DNA of 64,000 nucleotides from an uncultured Planctomycetaceae bacterium (GCA_963785305.1 CAWAUV010000007.1:992001-1056000); one strand, 5' to 3'; shown: positions 43,036 to 56,663, counted from the first letter of the stretch. Notes: generated by a model not told the origin, from the sequence alone. Numbers and translations are program-made.

Positions 43036-45097
43036 CTAACGGGCCGACGGCTGGCCGTTTCGCTCGCGCTTGTTTGGGCGGTTGCCGTGTCGCTCGGCCG
43101 CGCCGCCGCGCGGGCTCGCTTCGGCGGGTTCGCGAATCCAACTCGAAGTGACGCTGGCAAGCGCGAAACCGGCTAGGGCATGCGCCGCCGAGTCGGTGAT
43201 GGGGCTGGCGGCTGGGCGCTCCGGCGCCATGAAGAGATGATCGTCGAAGGCGGCGTCGAATTCCGAATCGGCCCATACCGCTTGCAGCGCTCGCTCGGCC
43301 CGCTCGATCGCGGCCGCGGCCGCGGCCTCTTGAGCCGGAATGGTCGCGGCGTCCGCGGAGCCCTCGGGCAATGAGTTGCGATCGTTGCGCGGGTTGGCGG
43401 CTTCGGCGGCCGGCGCGGGGTTCGTGGCTTCCGTGGCCGGGGCGCTCGGAGCGGCTTCATGCTTCACGCTGCCCGGCAAGCTCGAACCGCCGGGGTTTTG
43501 GGAAGACGCTGCGGGTCTCCTCCCGGCAGAAAGTCGAGATCGTTATCCCAGCCCGAGCCGCTGGCCGGAATCTGCGAATCAAAGGGTCCGCGATTGGCGC
43601 CGAGCGATAGCGGCGTGGCGGCAGTGGTTGGACCGAGTTGGGCCACGGCGGCGGCGGAGACATTGACTCCTTGCTCCGCGGCTTGCATGGCGCCGAGATT
43701 CGTGGCCGAGACTTCGAAGATCGATGTGTTGACGCCGCCGGCCAGATCGCCGCCGCCGCCGGCGCCTTCGCCACCCGCGCTATCGCCGCCCGGGCCGTTG
43801 TCGATCGGGGCGCTGCCGCCGAGTTCGATGCGTCCACTGGCGCTCGCGGCGGCGATATAGGCATAGCCGGCCGCCGTGTTGCCGGTGGTCACGCTGCCGA
43901 TGAGGCTATCGATCACGAGATTTGCAATCGGTGAGCCGCGGCCGGTGACGAAATCGTAGCCGGAGTGAGCGGCGTATTCGTTGTTGCCGCCGGTGGTGAC
44001 ATCATGGAAGTCGGTCGAGGGCAGGCTGTAGATGGCCGATTGGGCGCCGTTGAGCGTGCCGAGTCCGAACATGGTTCGCCCTTGATCGGCGATCGTGATC
44101 AGGCCGGCCCACTGCGGGGCGCCGGCGCTGGTGCCGCCCACTTCGAACCAGCCGCTCTGGCTGCCATAGGCCACGCTGTCGTAGACGGCGAAGCCCGTGC
44201 TGGGATTCGCGTCGTACGACACATCGGGCGCCGAACGCTTGCCGGTCGATTGGAACAGGCGTTGGTAGCTCGGTTCGGTTTCGTAGCCGCTCACGCTGCC
44301 GCCCGAGTCGCCCCAGCGCTTTCGCCCAGATAGGTTCCGCTCGCACTGATCGAGAGCGTCGTTCCGCCGACGGCGAGCACATTGTTCGAGAGTGCCGGCC
44401 AGCCGCTCGGTGCGCCGGTGTCGCCCGACGAAGCGACGAAGGTAATGCCGGTGTGGCCGGCCGGAGTGGTGAAGTAGGAGTCGAAATAGTTCTCGCCATT
44501 GAAATCGCTTGTGCCCCAGCTCATCGACACCACGCTCACGCCGGCCGTGTTGCGCGCCGTGTTCACGGCGGTGAGTAAGTCCGAGAGGTTGCTCGAGTTG
44601 GCTTCGATGAGCACGATATTCGCGCCGGGAGCGATCGCATGGGCCCATTCCACGTCGAGCGCGGTTTCGAGGTCCCAGGTCGAGTTGGCCGCCGGCAGCG
44701 CGGCGCCGCCCACTTCGTTTTCCACTTTGAAATTCGGCGGGTTGGCGATGCCGAAGGTGGCGTCGAAATGGGCCAAGTCGGCCGCGATGTTCGGGTCGCC
44801 ATAAGCGTCGACGATAGCGATCGTCTGCCCGGCGCCATTGCCGGCGACACCGCCGAAGCTCACGTTGTTGAAGCCATAGGCCTGACGAATCTGGGCCGGC
44901 GTGTAGCCGTAGGGCGTGTTGCTCGACACGCTGAGCACGGAGAGATCGGTGGTCACGGTGGCGGTGTCGGCGGGCGAAGCGGTCATCAGGGCGCGATCTT
45001 CGAGCGCCTCCAACCGAAGAACACTCCGCTGGTCGCGAGACCCGCGACCGCCGAGAGACGAAAACGCAACGAGGCTGCCGCGATACGACTTGCGCAT
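43036..45097 (-). CDS. S53 (sedolisin/kumamolisin-type) serine peptidase with planctomycete LEPRxLL-type leader (indels near 44318 and 43480)
   Basis: LRLEALEDRALM leader, ETALDVE (E/D), SSGD (oxyanion), GGTSAGAP (Ser), and Ca-binding site DVTTGGN...GYDFVTGRGSP. Confidence 0.88.
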
Positions 45098-45387
45098 GAT
45101 GCTAACTCCGAGATGTCGTCGAATGACGGAGACGAGTCGCCGAAGGGCCGTGAACGGAGGCGACGCGCCGAATGGCTTTGACAGGACAAACGGGTCGAAT
45201 GACCGAATGAACCTTAGGTCGAAGTTTCAAAGCCGTGGGAATCTTTAACCAAAATTTCAAAGCTCCGAGCGAGGCGAAGCTTGTCAGTTGCACGGGGGGA
45301 GAATCGCAACTCATCGTGGTTAAATCACTTGCGGTGGGTGTGGTGGGCAAACGGACACTGGTCACATGGCGCTGGTTGTAGCGACAA

Positions 45388-45403
45388 TGCAACACGCATG
45401 CCA
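45388..45403 (-). promoter_or_regulatory. Sigma-54 (-24/-12) promoter upstream of the S53 peptidase
   Basis: TGGCATGCGTGTTGCA on the minus strand, with correct GG-N10-GC spacing. Confidence 0.6.
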
Positions 45404-45546
45404 TGCCCCCAGGGCAGTAAGAGCGCCCATCTCCCTCAACCCGCAATGTCAAACATCGAGACGATGACACGCGCGGCGAGGCGTTTGGGGAAGCGTCCGG
45501 CGAGAGGGCCGGCGCCGAAAACCGCGAGGCGTTTCAAGCTCGCGGC

Positions 45547-46736
45547 TCACCGAGAATCATGGGCCGGCTCGAATGTGAGCGGCTCCTCGGCCAGCGGGTC
45601 GTGGATGCGCACCGCCAATTTGCCCGACAAGAGCTCCTCGATCCGCTTGCCCACCACCTCGGCCCGCCAGCCTTGGCCCAAGTGCGGCGGCGCATCGGTA
45701 TAGCCTTCGACTCCCAGATGGTAGGCGATCAGTTCGCGCACATCGCTGGCGCTGCCCACCAAGCTCGACGCCACCGAGGCCGAACGGCAAATACTCGTCA
45801 GCGCGCTGAGAGGAATTGCCCCAAGAGATTGAGCTGCGGCGGCGAGGGCCGATTGTTCGGACGCGGACACTCCGAATCGGGCAGGGCCAACGCTTGGGCG
45901 ATTGCTTCGGCCAGCCGCGGCATGCCGCGCTGCAAGTCGCCGCGCTCGAGGCCCCGCAAGGCGCGAATCTGCTTGAGATCGGCCGTGCGCCGTTTGGCCA
46001 GTTCGACGATCAGATCATCGCGGAGCACGCGTCGCATCGGCCAATCGCGGCGCTCGGCCTCGGTCTCGCGCCAGCGGCACACTTCGCGCACGATCGCGAG
46101 ACTGCGCGCTGAAAGGCCCGAAATGCCGGCGGTGCGCCACCAGCGCTCGCGCGAGCGGCTGGCGTCGATTTCATCTTGCCAAGCGTTCATTTCGGCTTCG
46201 AGCCAAGGCAACCGGTCGAGCAATTCGAGCCGCGTGACGAGCCGGTCGCGCATCGCCGCCAGATAGCGCACATCGTCGAGCGCGTAGTCGATCTGCCCGC
46301 TCGAAAGCGGTCGGCGGCGCCAGTCGGTGCGGGTCTCGCCTTTTTGCGAGCGCTGGCCGAGCAGTTTGTACATGAGCGAGCCGTAGCCGGCCGGATATTC
46401 GTAGCCGACGATTCCCGCCGCGATTTGCACATCGAATAGCCGCGTGGGCCGACGATCGATGGCGCCCAGGCAAAAGAGCAGCTCCTCGCGTCCGGCATGA
46501 ACGATCGTGTTGTGGCCCGGCGCGGCCAGTAGTTCCCAGAAGGGGCGCATGTCGCGCACGGCGAGCGTGTCGATCACCAGCAGCCGATCGGCCGCCGCCA
46601 CTTGCACTAGGCACAATTGCGGTCGAAAGGTGTGCTCCGACACGAACTCGGTGTCGAACGCAATATCGGGCGCGGCGGCCAGTTCGCCGCACACTTGAGC
46701 CAAATGTTGATCGGTGGTGACGAGCTCGTGAGTCAC
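45547..46736 (-). CDS. rnd: Ribonuclease D (3'-5' exonuclease plus HRDC; indel near 45803)
   Basis: IAFDTEF, FDVQIA, TDWRRRPL and YALDDVRYL motifs, an HRDC segment, and C-terminal QGWRAEVVG. Confidence 0.92.
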
Positions 46737-46914
46737 GCTGGGGCCCCGGCAACCTGCGGGCCACGGATCAAGCCAGGGGCCCAAGAGAAACCGCCAAAGG
46801 CAACAGAAGAACACTCGCGGAGAGAATCGTCAAGTGTCGCCGCCCGAGCCGGCCGCTGATTTCATGAAATGCCGCGTGGCGTCGGGGCCAGGACTTGCGG
46901 TCGGTAAATACAAA

Positions 46915-46949
46915 GAACCGACGCCCCCTTGAAACAGGAGCGTCGGTTC
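46915..46949 (-). terminator. Rho-independent terminator
   Basis: GAACCGACGC...GCGTCGGTTC 10-bp stem followed by TTTGTATTT on the minus strand, just after the stop at 46996. Confidence 0.75.
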
Positions 46950-46995
46950 GCCTGGTTGCTCGAATCGTGTCTTTTATAGGATGGTGGTCGGCAAG

Positions 46996-48148
46996 TTATT
47001 TTCCACCGCCGCCTCCGCCACCGCCCGCCCCGCCGCCGCCCGCGCCACCCGCTCCGGCTCCGCCACCCGCTCCCGCGCCTCCGGCGCCACCACCGAGGCC
47101 GGCCGCGCTGCCCACGCCCCCCAGTCCGCCGCTGGCGCCACCCGCGCCGACTCCGCCGGTCGAGCCGGTTCCGCCGAAGCCGGCGCCGAACCCACCATTG
47201 ACGCCGCCGGGCCCGACCGATCCGGGATCGCTACCGGCCGTGCCCGAACTGGCGCCCGCGCCCAAACCGCCTCCCGCCGAGCCCGGTCCGAGCGGGCTGC
47301 CCGCTCCCGAGCCCACGACCGAACCCGCCGCCGCGCCGGCGTATCCGCTATTGGCCGAGCCGGGCCCGCCGCCGCTGGCCGCGCGGCCGGGAGCCATCGT
47401 GCTAGGCGCCGCGCCCTTGCCCAAGGGAGTGTTGCCCAGGTGATTGTTTCCCAGGGAGTTGGCGCCGCCGTGATTCATCATGCCGGCGGGCACGCCAGCG
47501 CCGCCATTGCTCACGGCGCCCGAGCCGCTGTTGATGCCGCCGAAGCCGGCTCCATCGCCGCTGGCCCCGGCATTGATATTCGTGCCGCCCAGGCCGTTGC
47601 TGGCCGCGGTCGCGGGGCCGCCGCCCGGATAGCCCGCTTGGTAACGCGAGTTGGGCAGGATGACGGCGGCCGGATTCGGCGAATTGGCCGATGACGGGTA
47701 GTATTGCCCATAGGTCTTCGCGTCATAAGGAACCCAACTATTACCATACCGAAATACCCAAGTATTGTTGGGCATGTAATACCACCAGTGGCCGTTGGCC
47801 TTGGCATAGCGCCAGTCAGCGCCATGTGTTGCTCATGCCGCTGCTGCCCGCGCGCGCGTTGATTCGCGAGGAGGATTGGTTTTGATTTTGCACTCGCAAG
47901 TCTTGGCGGGTGATGCCGTTGACGGAGGCCTCGCGGTCGTTGTTGGCCCCGGTCGCTCCGATCGGCTGGTTGGCATTGCGATCCGCGATGACATTTTCCG
48001 GGCCGAGCGGGCCTTGCTGGTTGGGCCGCAGCCCTTCGGAGGCCACGCCGGCGGTGACTGTATCGAGGGGGAGCTGACCATGGGCGTTCGCGACGCCGAG
48101 CGCCGCGCCAAACACCGTGGCACCAAGGGCGCGTAAAAAGACTCGCAT
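46996..48148 (-). CDS. Secreted protein with Trp-rich motif and long Gly-rich tail (indel near 47820)
   Basis: Signal peptide MRVFLRALGATVFGAALGVANAHGQ, motif WRYAKANGHWWYYMPNNTW, and a poly-Gly/Ala/Ser C-terminus. Confidence 0.75.
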
Positions 48149-48214
48149 GGCGATCGATCTCCTGTCAGTGAAACGATTCGTGGGGGAATGGCGCAAATGG
48201 CCCGCTTAAAGCGA

Positions 48215-48230
48215 TGCACTTGGCATGCCA
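48215..48230 (-). promoter_or_regulatory. Sigma-54-type promoter of the Gly-rich protein gene
   Basis: TGGCATGCCAAGTGCA (GG-N10-GC), about 65 bp upstream of the ATG at 48148. Confidence 0.5.
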
Positions 48231-48565
48231 AGCGGCGGCCGCCGCCGCCCGGCTGCTCGAGGCCAGCCGCGAAACCCACGGCGGATTGTGGAGAAAGCCG
48301 CGCCACGCCGTGAGCGATCAACCCGCGAATCAGCGCCCTGCCAGTAGTCATTGACGCACACGGCGCCATCATGGTCGCGGAAAAGCCAATGCAGCAACTT
48401 TGCTCTCGACGAGCTCCCACAAAATGGGAATCGCGGCGAACGAGTGCTTAGCCCCCGCGCGGGGCAGGCGAGCCCCCGTGAAACAAATGCGACCCGACGG
48501 TCGGGCCATTTTGCAATGGCGCCACAATCGTTCGCAATTCCGACAGATGGATTTCACCGGCGGCA

Positions 48566-49138
48566 TTAGCGGCCGAAGAGGGTTTCCAGGTCGGGCGCTT
48601 GGAGGCGGCGTGCGATGGCGGGTTCGGACAAAGATTCGGCCGAGGTAGCCGACTCGAAGTCATTGGCCAGGCGCAGGAATACCTCGCGAGTCACTTCGGC
48701 GGGCGCCAAGGCCCGAGGACCGCCCGGCGGACGTCGGAAGCGGCACAAATGCAAGGCGCCCTCGCGGCCGACGAGCAGTTCATAATAAGCGGCGCCGCGG
48801 GCGTCGCGCTCGGGCGGGCTCGAGCGCAGTTGCACCACGCCCACCAGCGGGTCGGCTTCGATCACCGCGATCGGTTCGAGCAAATAGGTGATCCGCCTCG
48901 CCAGCCGCTCGGCCACGAGCTTGAGGCGCTCGAGCCCGGCGCCCGCCAATGCCACTCCGCTCCAGGCGAAATCGCTAAACGAGCAAGCCATGCGATCGAG
49001 CGCCGAGAGCTCGCAGTCGAAGCGGCCACCGGGCACGGTAATTGAAAGGCGACGCGATTCGCCGGCGAACGAGGGCCATTCGCCGAGCGTTTTTTTTATT
49101 TCAGGAGCAAGGTGATGGATTTCATTGGAAAGGCTCAT
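48566..49138 (-). CDS. Hypothetical protein translationally coupled to spoVR
   Basis: Its ATG overlaps the spoVR TGA (ATGA). Contains RITYLLEPIAVIE...QLRSSPP...YYELLV. Confidence 0.8.
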   Translation of the reverse strand: MSLSNEIHHLAPEIKKTLGEWPSFAGESRRLSITVPGGRFDCELSALDRMACSFSDFAWSGVALAGAGLERLKLVAERLARRITYLLEPIAVIEADPLVGVVQLRSSPPERDARGAAYYELLVGREGALHLCRFRRPPGGPRALAPAEVTREVFLRLANDFESATSAESLSEPAIARRLQAPDLETLFGR

Positions 49139-50667
49139 TTGTTTTCTCCGCTCTTCTCGGTTTTGTGTTCTGTTCCGTCGAACGACAGCACCGCCGTCGC
49201 GCCGTCGAGGACCGTTTCCACATGCACCGGCCGCTTCCACAGCCGGTAAAGATTCGTCAGCGTGTCGTGGGCGTAATTCAACTTGAGCTCCACGCCACTG
49301 AATTGGTGTTCGAGGAAGAGCTCGCCGCGGTTCTTATAGTTCGCGTCGCGCACCGCGATGCTCGGACGGCCGACGTTCGTGAGATTGAAAAGCAAGCTTT
49401 GCTTGATCTTGGGGAACTCGCGGCTCTCGATCTCGAAGGCGTCGGACCCGGGGTTATAGCCGAAGGAAAACAGCTTGTATTCACGGCAGAATTCGAGGGT
49501 GAGAAACTCGTCGATGAATGTCAGATCGTTGTGAACTCGCCGCACGTCGAAGATTTTCCGCCGGCCCTCGTTGGCGCCGGTGTCCCAGCGGCGCTTTTCG
49601 GCCAGATCGTCGCACTCGTCGTAGTCCTTGCCGAACCGGCCGCGATTCCAGCGGTCCTCGATATCGCGGTACAACTCGATGCCGAGCTTATAGGGGTTCA
49701 GCCGTTGGCCGCTCGTGGCGAGCGTGCCCGAGTGATGGTCGCAGTAGCAGACCACGTCGCCGGGCGAAAGCCCTTGCCGGGTCATGATCGTGGAGTGCCA
49801 GTAGCTGGCCCAACCTTCGTTCATGATCTTGGTTTGAGCCTGCGGGGCGAAATAATAGGCTTCGTCGCGAATGATCGAGAGCACATCGAGTTGCCAGCTT
49901 TTGAGCGGCGCGTTTTCGAGCAAGAACAACATCACGTCGCGCACCGGCTCGGGCGGAAATCGGCTCGACTCGTCCTCGGCCCGCTTCTTGAGCCGCAGGG
50001 ATTCGGCCTCGAGCGCCTCGCGCGGATTGATGAACGAATCCATGTAGCTCTTCGAGCCGTAGCGCGTCGGCAGGGCGGCCGGGTCGTCGTCGTCGCTCGC
50101 GGCGGCGGCCAGCATGTCGGGCTTGCGCTTGAAGTGCGCTCGCTGGATGAAGGGCGAGTGGATATCGATCAGGTCCTCGATGCTCAGGCAGGCGTCGATG
50201 AAGGTCTCGACCTCATCGATGCCGAACCGGTCGATATGCTTGCGGATCCGCTGGCCGTGGTTGGCCATTTGATCCATCATCTTGCGGTTGGTTTGGCTGA
50301 ACCAGTAGTTGTTTTTGAAGAAATCGCAGTGGCCATAGACATGGGCCATCACCAGCTTCTGATCCACCAGCGCGTTGGAGCGCATCAGGTAGGCGTAGCA
50401 GGGGTCGTTGTTGATGACCAGTTCGTAGATTTTTTGAAGGCCGTAGTGATAGCCTTTCGAGAGCTGTTCGTATTCCATGCCGAATCGCCAGTGCGGATAG
50501 CGGCTGGGGAAGCCGCCGAGCGAGGCGATGGCGTTCAGGTCGTCGGCGTCGACCACTTCGAAGATCGTGGGAAAGAAGTCGAGCCCATACCGCCGGGCAT
50601 GGCCTTCCATCTGCTGCTGGATGTCGGCCAGTTCGGCGGATAACGGCGAGTAGGTCGCGGTGGCCAT
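49135..50667 (-). CDS. spoVR: SpoVR family protein
   Basis: RYPHWRFG, IYELVINNDPC, HVYGHCDFFKNN, TKIMNEGWASYWH and NPYKLG motifs. Confidence 0.96.
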   Translation of the reverse strand: MATATYSPLSAELADIQQQMEGHARRYGLDFFPTIFEVVDADDLNAIASLGGFPSRYPHWRFGMEYEQLSKGYHYGLQKIYELVINNDPCYAYLMRSNALVDQKLVMAHVYGHCDFFKNNYWFSQTNRKMMDQMANHGQRIRKHIDRFGIDEVETFIDACLSIEDLIDIHSPFIQRAHFKRKPDMLAAAASDDDDPAALPTRYGSKSYMDSFINPREALEAESLRLKKRAEDESSRFPPEPVRDVMLFLLENAPLKSWQLDVLSIIRDEAYYFAPQAQTKIMNEGWASYWHSTIMTRQGLSPGDVVCYCDHHSGTLATSGQRLNPYKLGIELYRDIEDRWNRGRFGKDYDECDDLAEKRRWDTGANEGRRKIFDVRRVHNDLTFIDEFLTLEFCREYKLFSFGYNPGSDAFEIESREFPKIKQSLLFNLTNVGRPSIAVRDANYKNRGELFLEHQFSGVELKLNYAHDTLTNLYRLWKRPVHVETVLDGATAVLSFDGTEHKTEKSGENK

Positions 50668-50874
50668 GGGATCGGCTCCCTGCCGAGGTTTGTTCGTTGG
50701 GTCGGCTTCCCCAGGCGACCACGCGCCCGCCAAGTGGCTGGGCTCGCGTCGCTCCTCTTCGATCGATCGGTTACTTCTCGACTCGTGGCTTGTTCGACTC
50801 GAACAGCTCGGCAAGGAGCCGTTCGAGTCGCGGGCTTTGGCGGGCGCGGGAGCGGTCGCGGCGAGCGACGGCTC

Positions 50875-51981
50875 TCAAACGCCCTTGCCCAAAAATTGTT
50901 TTAGCGCGTCGTAAATCCCTTCTTTCGATTCGATTTCGGCCAGCACCAGTTTTTCTTCCTTTTCGCGAAAAGCATGCTGGAGCGATCGCAAATACTCGCC
51001 GCTGCCATAGGGGCTTTCGACCTGGCCATAGCAAAACAAATTCACCTGCGGCAGCAATTGCTCGCGGAGCAGTTCGAGGCTCCGTTCGTTGTCCTCGCCC
51101 CAGTTGTCGCCATCGGAGAACTGAAAGCAATAAATGTTCCAGGCGGCCGGCGGAAACGAACTGGCGATCACATCGGCGCAGACTCGATACGCGGAGCTGA
51201 TCCGAGTGCCGCCGCTTTCGCGGGTGTGGTAGAAGGTGTGTTCATCGACCTCCTTGGCGGCGGCGTCGTGAATGATGTAGCGCTGCTCGACGCCGTCGTA
51301 TTGACTGCGGAGCCAAGCGTCGAGCCAAAACGACGCGGTGCGGACAATCGCCTTTTGCTCGTCGGTCATCGAGCCCGAGACATCCATCATGTAGATGATG
51401 GCGGCGTTGGCCTGTGGCTGCTCGATCTCATTGGCGGAGCGATAGCGCTTGTCCTCGCGAATCGGCACGATCCGCGGGCTGGCGGCGACATAGGTGTTCG
51501 ACGAGATCTGCCGGCGGAGCGCTTGCATATAGGTGCGCTTGAAGTGCCGGAGCGACTCGGGGCCATGTTTGCGCACATTCGTATAGCGACTTTTGATTTG
51601 GCTGATGTTGGCCTCGCCGCGCGGCTCGATGCGGGGCAATTGCAGTTCGTCGCCCAAAATGCCGGCCAACTCCTCGAGCGTGACTTCGACTTCGAGAATA
51701 TGGGCGCCCGGCTCGCCGCCTGCCCGGCCGGCGCCATCGCCCGGCTGGCCGGGGCCGACCGGAGTTCCGTTTTCACCATCGCCCTGGCTCACGCCGCCGC
51801 TGCCATTTTTTCCGTACCGGAAATGGGGCACATCGAGCTGCGGAAGGGGAATGCTCACGAGATCGCCGCCCTTGCGGCCGATCATTTCGCCGTGGGTGAC
51901 ATACTTCCGCAAATTCTCGCGGATTTTGCCACGCACGATCTGTTTGAATCGGGAATGGTCGCGATCGATCTTGATGGTCAT
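50875..51981 (-). CDS. YeaH/YhbH (DUF444) VWA-like protein
   Basis: MMDVSGSM (DxSxS), [14 protein letters not shown] and [11 protein letters not shown] motifs. Confidence 0.95.
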   Translation of the reverse strand: MTIKIDRDHSRFKQIVRGKIRENLRKYVTHGEMIGRKGGDLVSIPLPQLDVPHFRYGKNGSGGVSQGDGENGTPVGPGQPGDGAGRAGGEPGAHILEVEVTLEELAGILGDELQLPRIEPRGEANISQIKSRYTNVRKHGPESLRHFKRTYMQALRRQISSNTYVAASPRIVPIREDKRYRSANEIEQPQANAAIIYMMDVSGSMTDEQKAIVRTASFWLDAWLRSQYDGVEQRYIIHDAAAKEVDEHTFYHTRESGGTRISSAYRVCADVIASSFPPAAWNIYCFQFSDGDNWGEDNERSLELLREQLLPQVNLFCYGQVESPYGSGEYLRSLQHAFREKEEKLVLAEIESKEGIYDALKQFLGKGV

Positions 51982-52222
51982 GGCAACCTCGTGCGCCCTG
52001 GGACGCTTCGGTTCGTAGCTTCTACCTTTATTACGCTCGCAATCCGCCAATCGCCCAGTGGCGCTTATCGAAAAAAATTCGCACTCGGTCCGCATACCCG
52101 CAGGGTGGATAATTCGCATGCCTCGCACGAGGAGCACGTTTCGTGCCGCTGGCGGCGAATTCGCGCCGGCGCCAGCGCGCAATGACCTAGCGTGGCGTTT
52201 CGAGGACCCATCCGTATCGCTC

Positions 52223-54259
<2,037 letters not shown>

Positions 54260-54823
54260 CGCTCATTCCTCCTCGATAGGGTTATTGCCCTAAGCCGAGA
54301 AAGACTCCGACATTGGAGAGTTTCTGGCTGTTTTGGGGCCGCCTCGAGCCGGAACCGTGCCTGGTGTCTGTCGGTGCGTGGTTGCGTCTAAATTGTCTGT
54401 TTCCGTTCGACCTCCGCGAGTCTCTGACATCATGCCTGGGACCAGGGAAAACTTCCGCTCGCCGCTGGGGCGCTCGAGTCGGCGGTCATTGGCAAGGGAA
54501 GGCAAGTTCGCTCCCTGGCATGCGCGGGGACTCGGTGCGCCTGGTGTCGGCAAGTCGGAGGGCGTCGTCCCGACAGAGAAAACGCGCCAGGAAACAGGCG
54601 GCGAGAAATTTCCCCGGAGAAAACGCCGCGAAGCCGAAACGCGGGCGATGGGAAAATTGGGAAAGATCGGGGACCGGAGGGTTCGGCGGGAAGGCTCGGC
54701 TCATTCACAGACCAGCCGTGCCCCCCGGTTCCGGCCGGGATGCTCGACAGTTCTGATTCTCTATCCTCGCGTCAAGCAGTCGGCCTTCCTTTGCCAATCG
54801 CTCAGGGCCTCTTCCTACATTTA

Positions 54824-54852
54824 AGTATCGTCAGAAGCGGCCCAGGGGACAA
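54824..54852 (-). promoter_or_regulatory. Putative sigma-70-type promoter upstream of prkA
   Basis: TTGTCC-N17-GATACT on the minus strand in an AT-richer patch. Confidence 0.4.
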
Positions 54853-55160
54853 GACCATTAATCGAAATTTGTTGCCCGAGTAATTTTCTTGGCCGCCCGA
54901 AGCCACTTTCCGAAACCGATTCCAGGGAAAGAAGTTGCGTCACTTGTTGTCGGGCGCGCTAGAGGCCATCGATGCGGGCCGGCTTATGGAATCTTGGCGC
55001 AGAGTCTAAAAAACTGATTCTCGGGCACCCCGGGAATCGCCAAGCGGCGCGGTTCTTTCGCAGCGGCGAGAAGCGCGGATCGCCCCGCGCGCGACCGGCG
55101 ATCGCCAGCCGCGATCGCCGTAAGTAAGGCCGCGATGGTCTAACGGCTGCGGGACGGGGC

Positions 55161-55589
55161 TTAATCAAGCAGCCGGGTGACGCTTTCCATCAGGCGGTCC
55201 ATGGCAAACGGCTTGCGAATATAGTCATCCACGCCCAGCATCTCGGCGTAAGCCTTGTGGCGGCTGCCTTCGTTGGCCGTGATCATGATGACCTTCAGCG
55301 GCACCGGTCGGGTGCGCCGTAGCTTTTCCAGCACCAAAAAACCGCTCCGCTTGGGCATCATCATGTCGAGAATCACGAGGTCCGGATCCTCCCGCTCGGC
55401 CATCGCCAAACCCTGGTTGCCATCGCGGGCCACGAGCACTTCATAGCCCTTGTGCTCCAGCGCGAAACGGACCGATTCCACGATTTCGTAGTCGTCGTCG
55501 ACGATCAACACTCGCAGCCGCTTGGCGGGCGCTTCGGCGGACTTTTTGGCGGAGGTCTTCTTTTCGCTGGCGTTTTGATTGTCGACCAT
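55161..55589 (-). CDS. Single-domain response regulator (receiver)
   Basis: LIVDDD, ILDMMMP, MITA and YIRKPF motifs. Confidence 0.95.
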   Translation of the reverse strand: MVDNQNASEKKTSAKKSAEAPAKRLRVLIVDDDYEIVESVRFALEHKGYEVLVARDGNQGLAMAEREDPDLVILDMMMPKRSGFLVLEKLRRTRPVPLKVIMITANEGSRHKAYAEMLGVDDYIRKPFAMDRLMESVTRLLD

Positions 55590-55800
55590 GATGGTGCAAA
55601 ATTCTCCTGAAAACGCGATCCAAGCTCTCGTGGACAGCGCCGGCGTCGCTCGGCGCGAAATTCCGATTTCGGGGCACTCGCCGGACGGCGCGTAAGTCTA
55701 TCAGAAGTACCCGACAAACTCTCGCGACGCAAGCCGCCGCCCGCCGATTCTTGCAAACGCGTCTGGCAACCGTGCGCGAGCGAGACCGCCGCGGCGCCGC

Positions 55801-56438
55801 TCATTTCTCGAGCGCCTGGATCAATCCGCTCAACTCGTCGTGGGCGTCTTGAGTCCCACGAACGACGATCGAATGCGTGGGCCCGAAGTAGCGCACCGCG
55901 CCGGGGCCTCCATTCGTGTCCCAGGTCCGGGGTGAGATCGTTCGCTCGATCAGTTCGACCAGCGCTTGGCCTTCGTCGCCGGGCGCGCCGCCTTGCCCGG
56001 AGTCGGCTAGCGGCGGCCGCGGGGGATTCACGGCGGGCCTGATGGCGGACTTGCCGCTGGGCGCGGGGCCGATGTCTTGGCGATTTCTTCCTTGAGCTTC
56101 TTAAGCCTCGCGCGCACTGCGCGCTCGATCGAGTCGCGATCTTCGTCGAGCATTTGGGTGTCGGCCACGATTTCATCGTGCAGTTCGGCGAGCTGCCGGA
56201 TAGCGCTTGCCCGAAGGGGCCCCGCCTTGGCCGAACGCACCATCGCCTGATGCACCGCCTCGCGAAGCTGGCGCGGCGAACGCGGCGCCGCCGGACCGAT
56301 GGCGGTGGGTTTCGTCGGCTCGACGCTGGCCTTCGCCACATTGCCCGCGGAAGGGCCCGCCGCTGGCGGTTCGTCGCTCGCCGGCGCCGCAAGCGCCGCA
56401 GCTGCCGCCACAAGCCAGACTCCCATCGCATGAGCCAT
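55801..56438 (-). CDS. Secreted protein with C-terminal secretin-N/NolW-like module (indel near 56030)
   Basis: GGAGG RBS and signal peptide; C-terminus LVELIERTISPRTWDTNGGPG...IVVRGTQDAHDEL. Confidence 0.7.
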
Positions 56439-56632
56439 AACACGCCTCCTCCGAGAGCGAGATTCACGCAAGCGGCGAGAATTCAAAACCGGCCCGACAA
56501 AAATCTCGGGCTCGAAACATGCCGCGGCCGAACCGCTTTGCCGACGATCAAAAACTGACGCGGCGGACAGGACTCCTTGAATATATCGCGTTTTCCAAGC
56601 GATTGGGAGAGCCGTCGGGTCCGTTTTCCCGG

Positions 56633-56663
56633 CAGGCCTGTTGAATATTCCAAAGGCTGCTAG
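56633..56663. repeat. Short imperfect palindrome, copy B (overlaps trmL stop)
   Basis: CAGGCCTGTTGAATATTCCAAAGGCTGCTAG. Confidence 0.6.

Noticed and set aside
46895..47694. Pro-rich plus-strand ORFs
   Set aside because: They are antisense shadows of the Gly-rich gene, which has a signal peptide, a promoter candidate and a terminator on the minus strand.
52104..52112. DnaA-box-like GGTGGATAA between prkA and yeaH
   Set aside because: It is a single mismatched copy, which is expected by chance.
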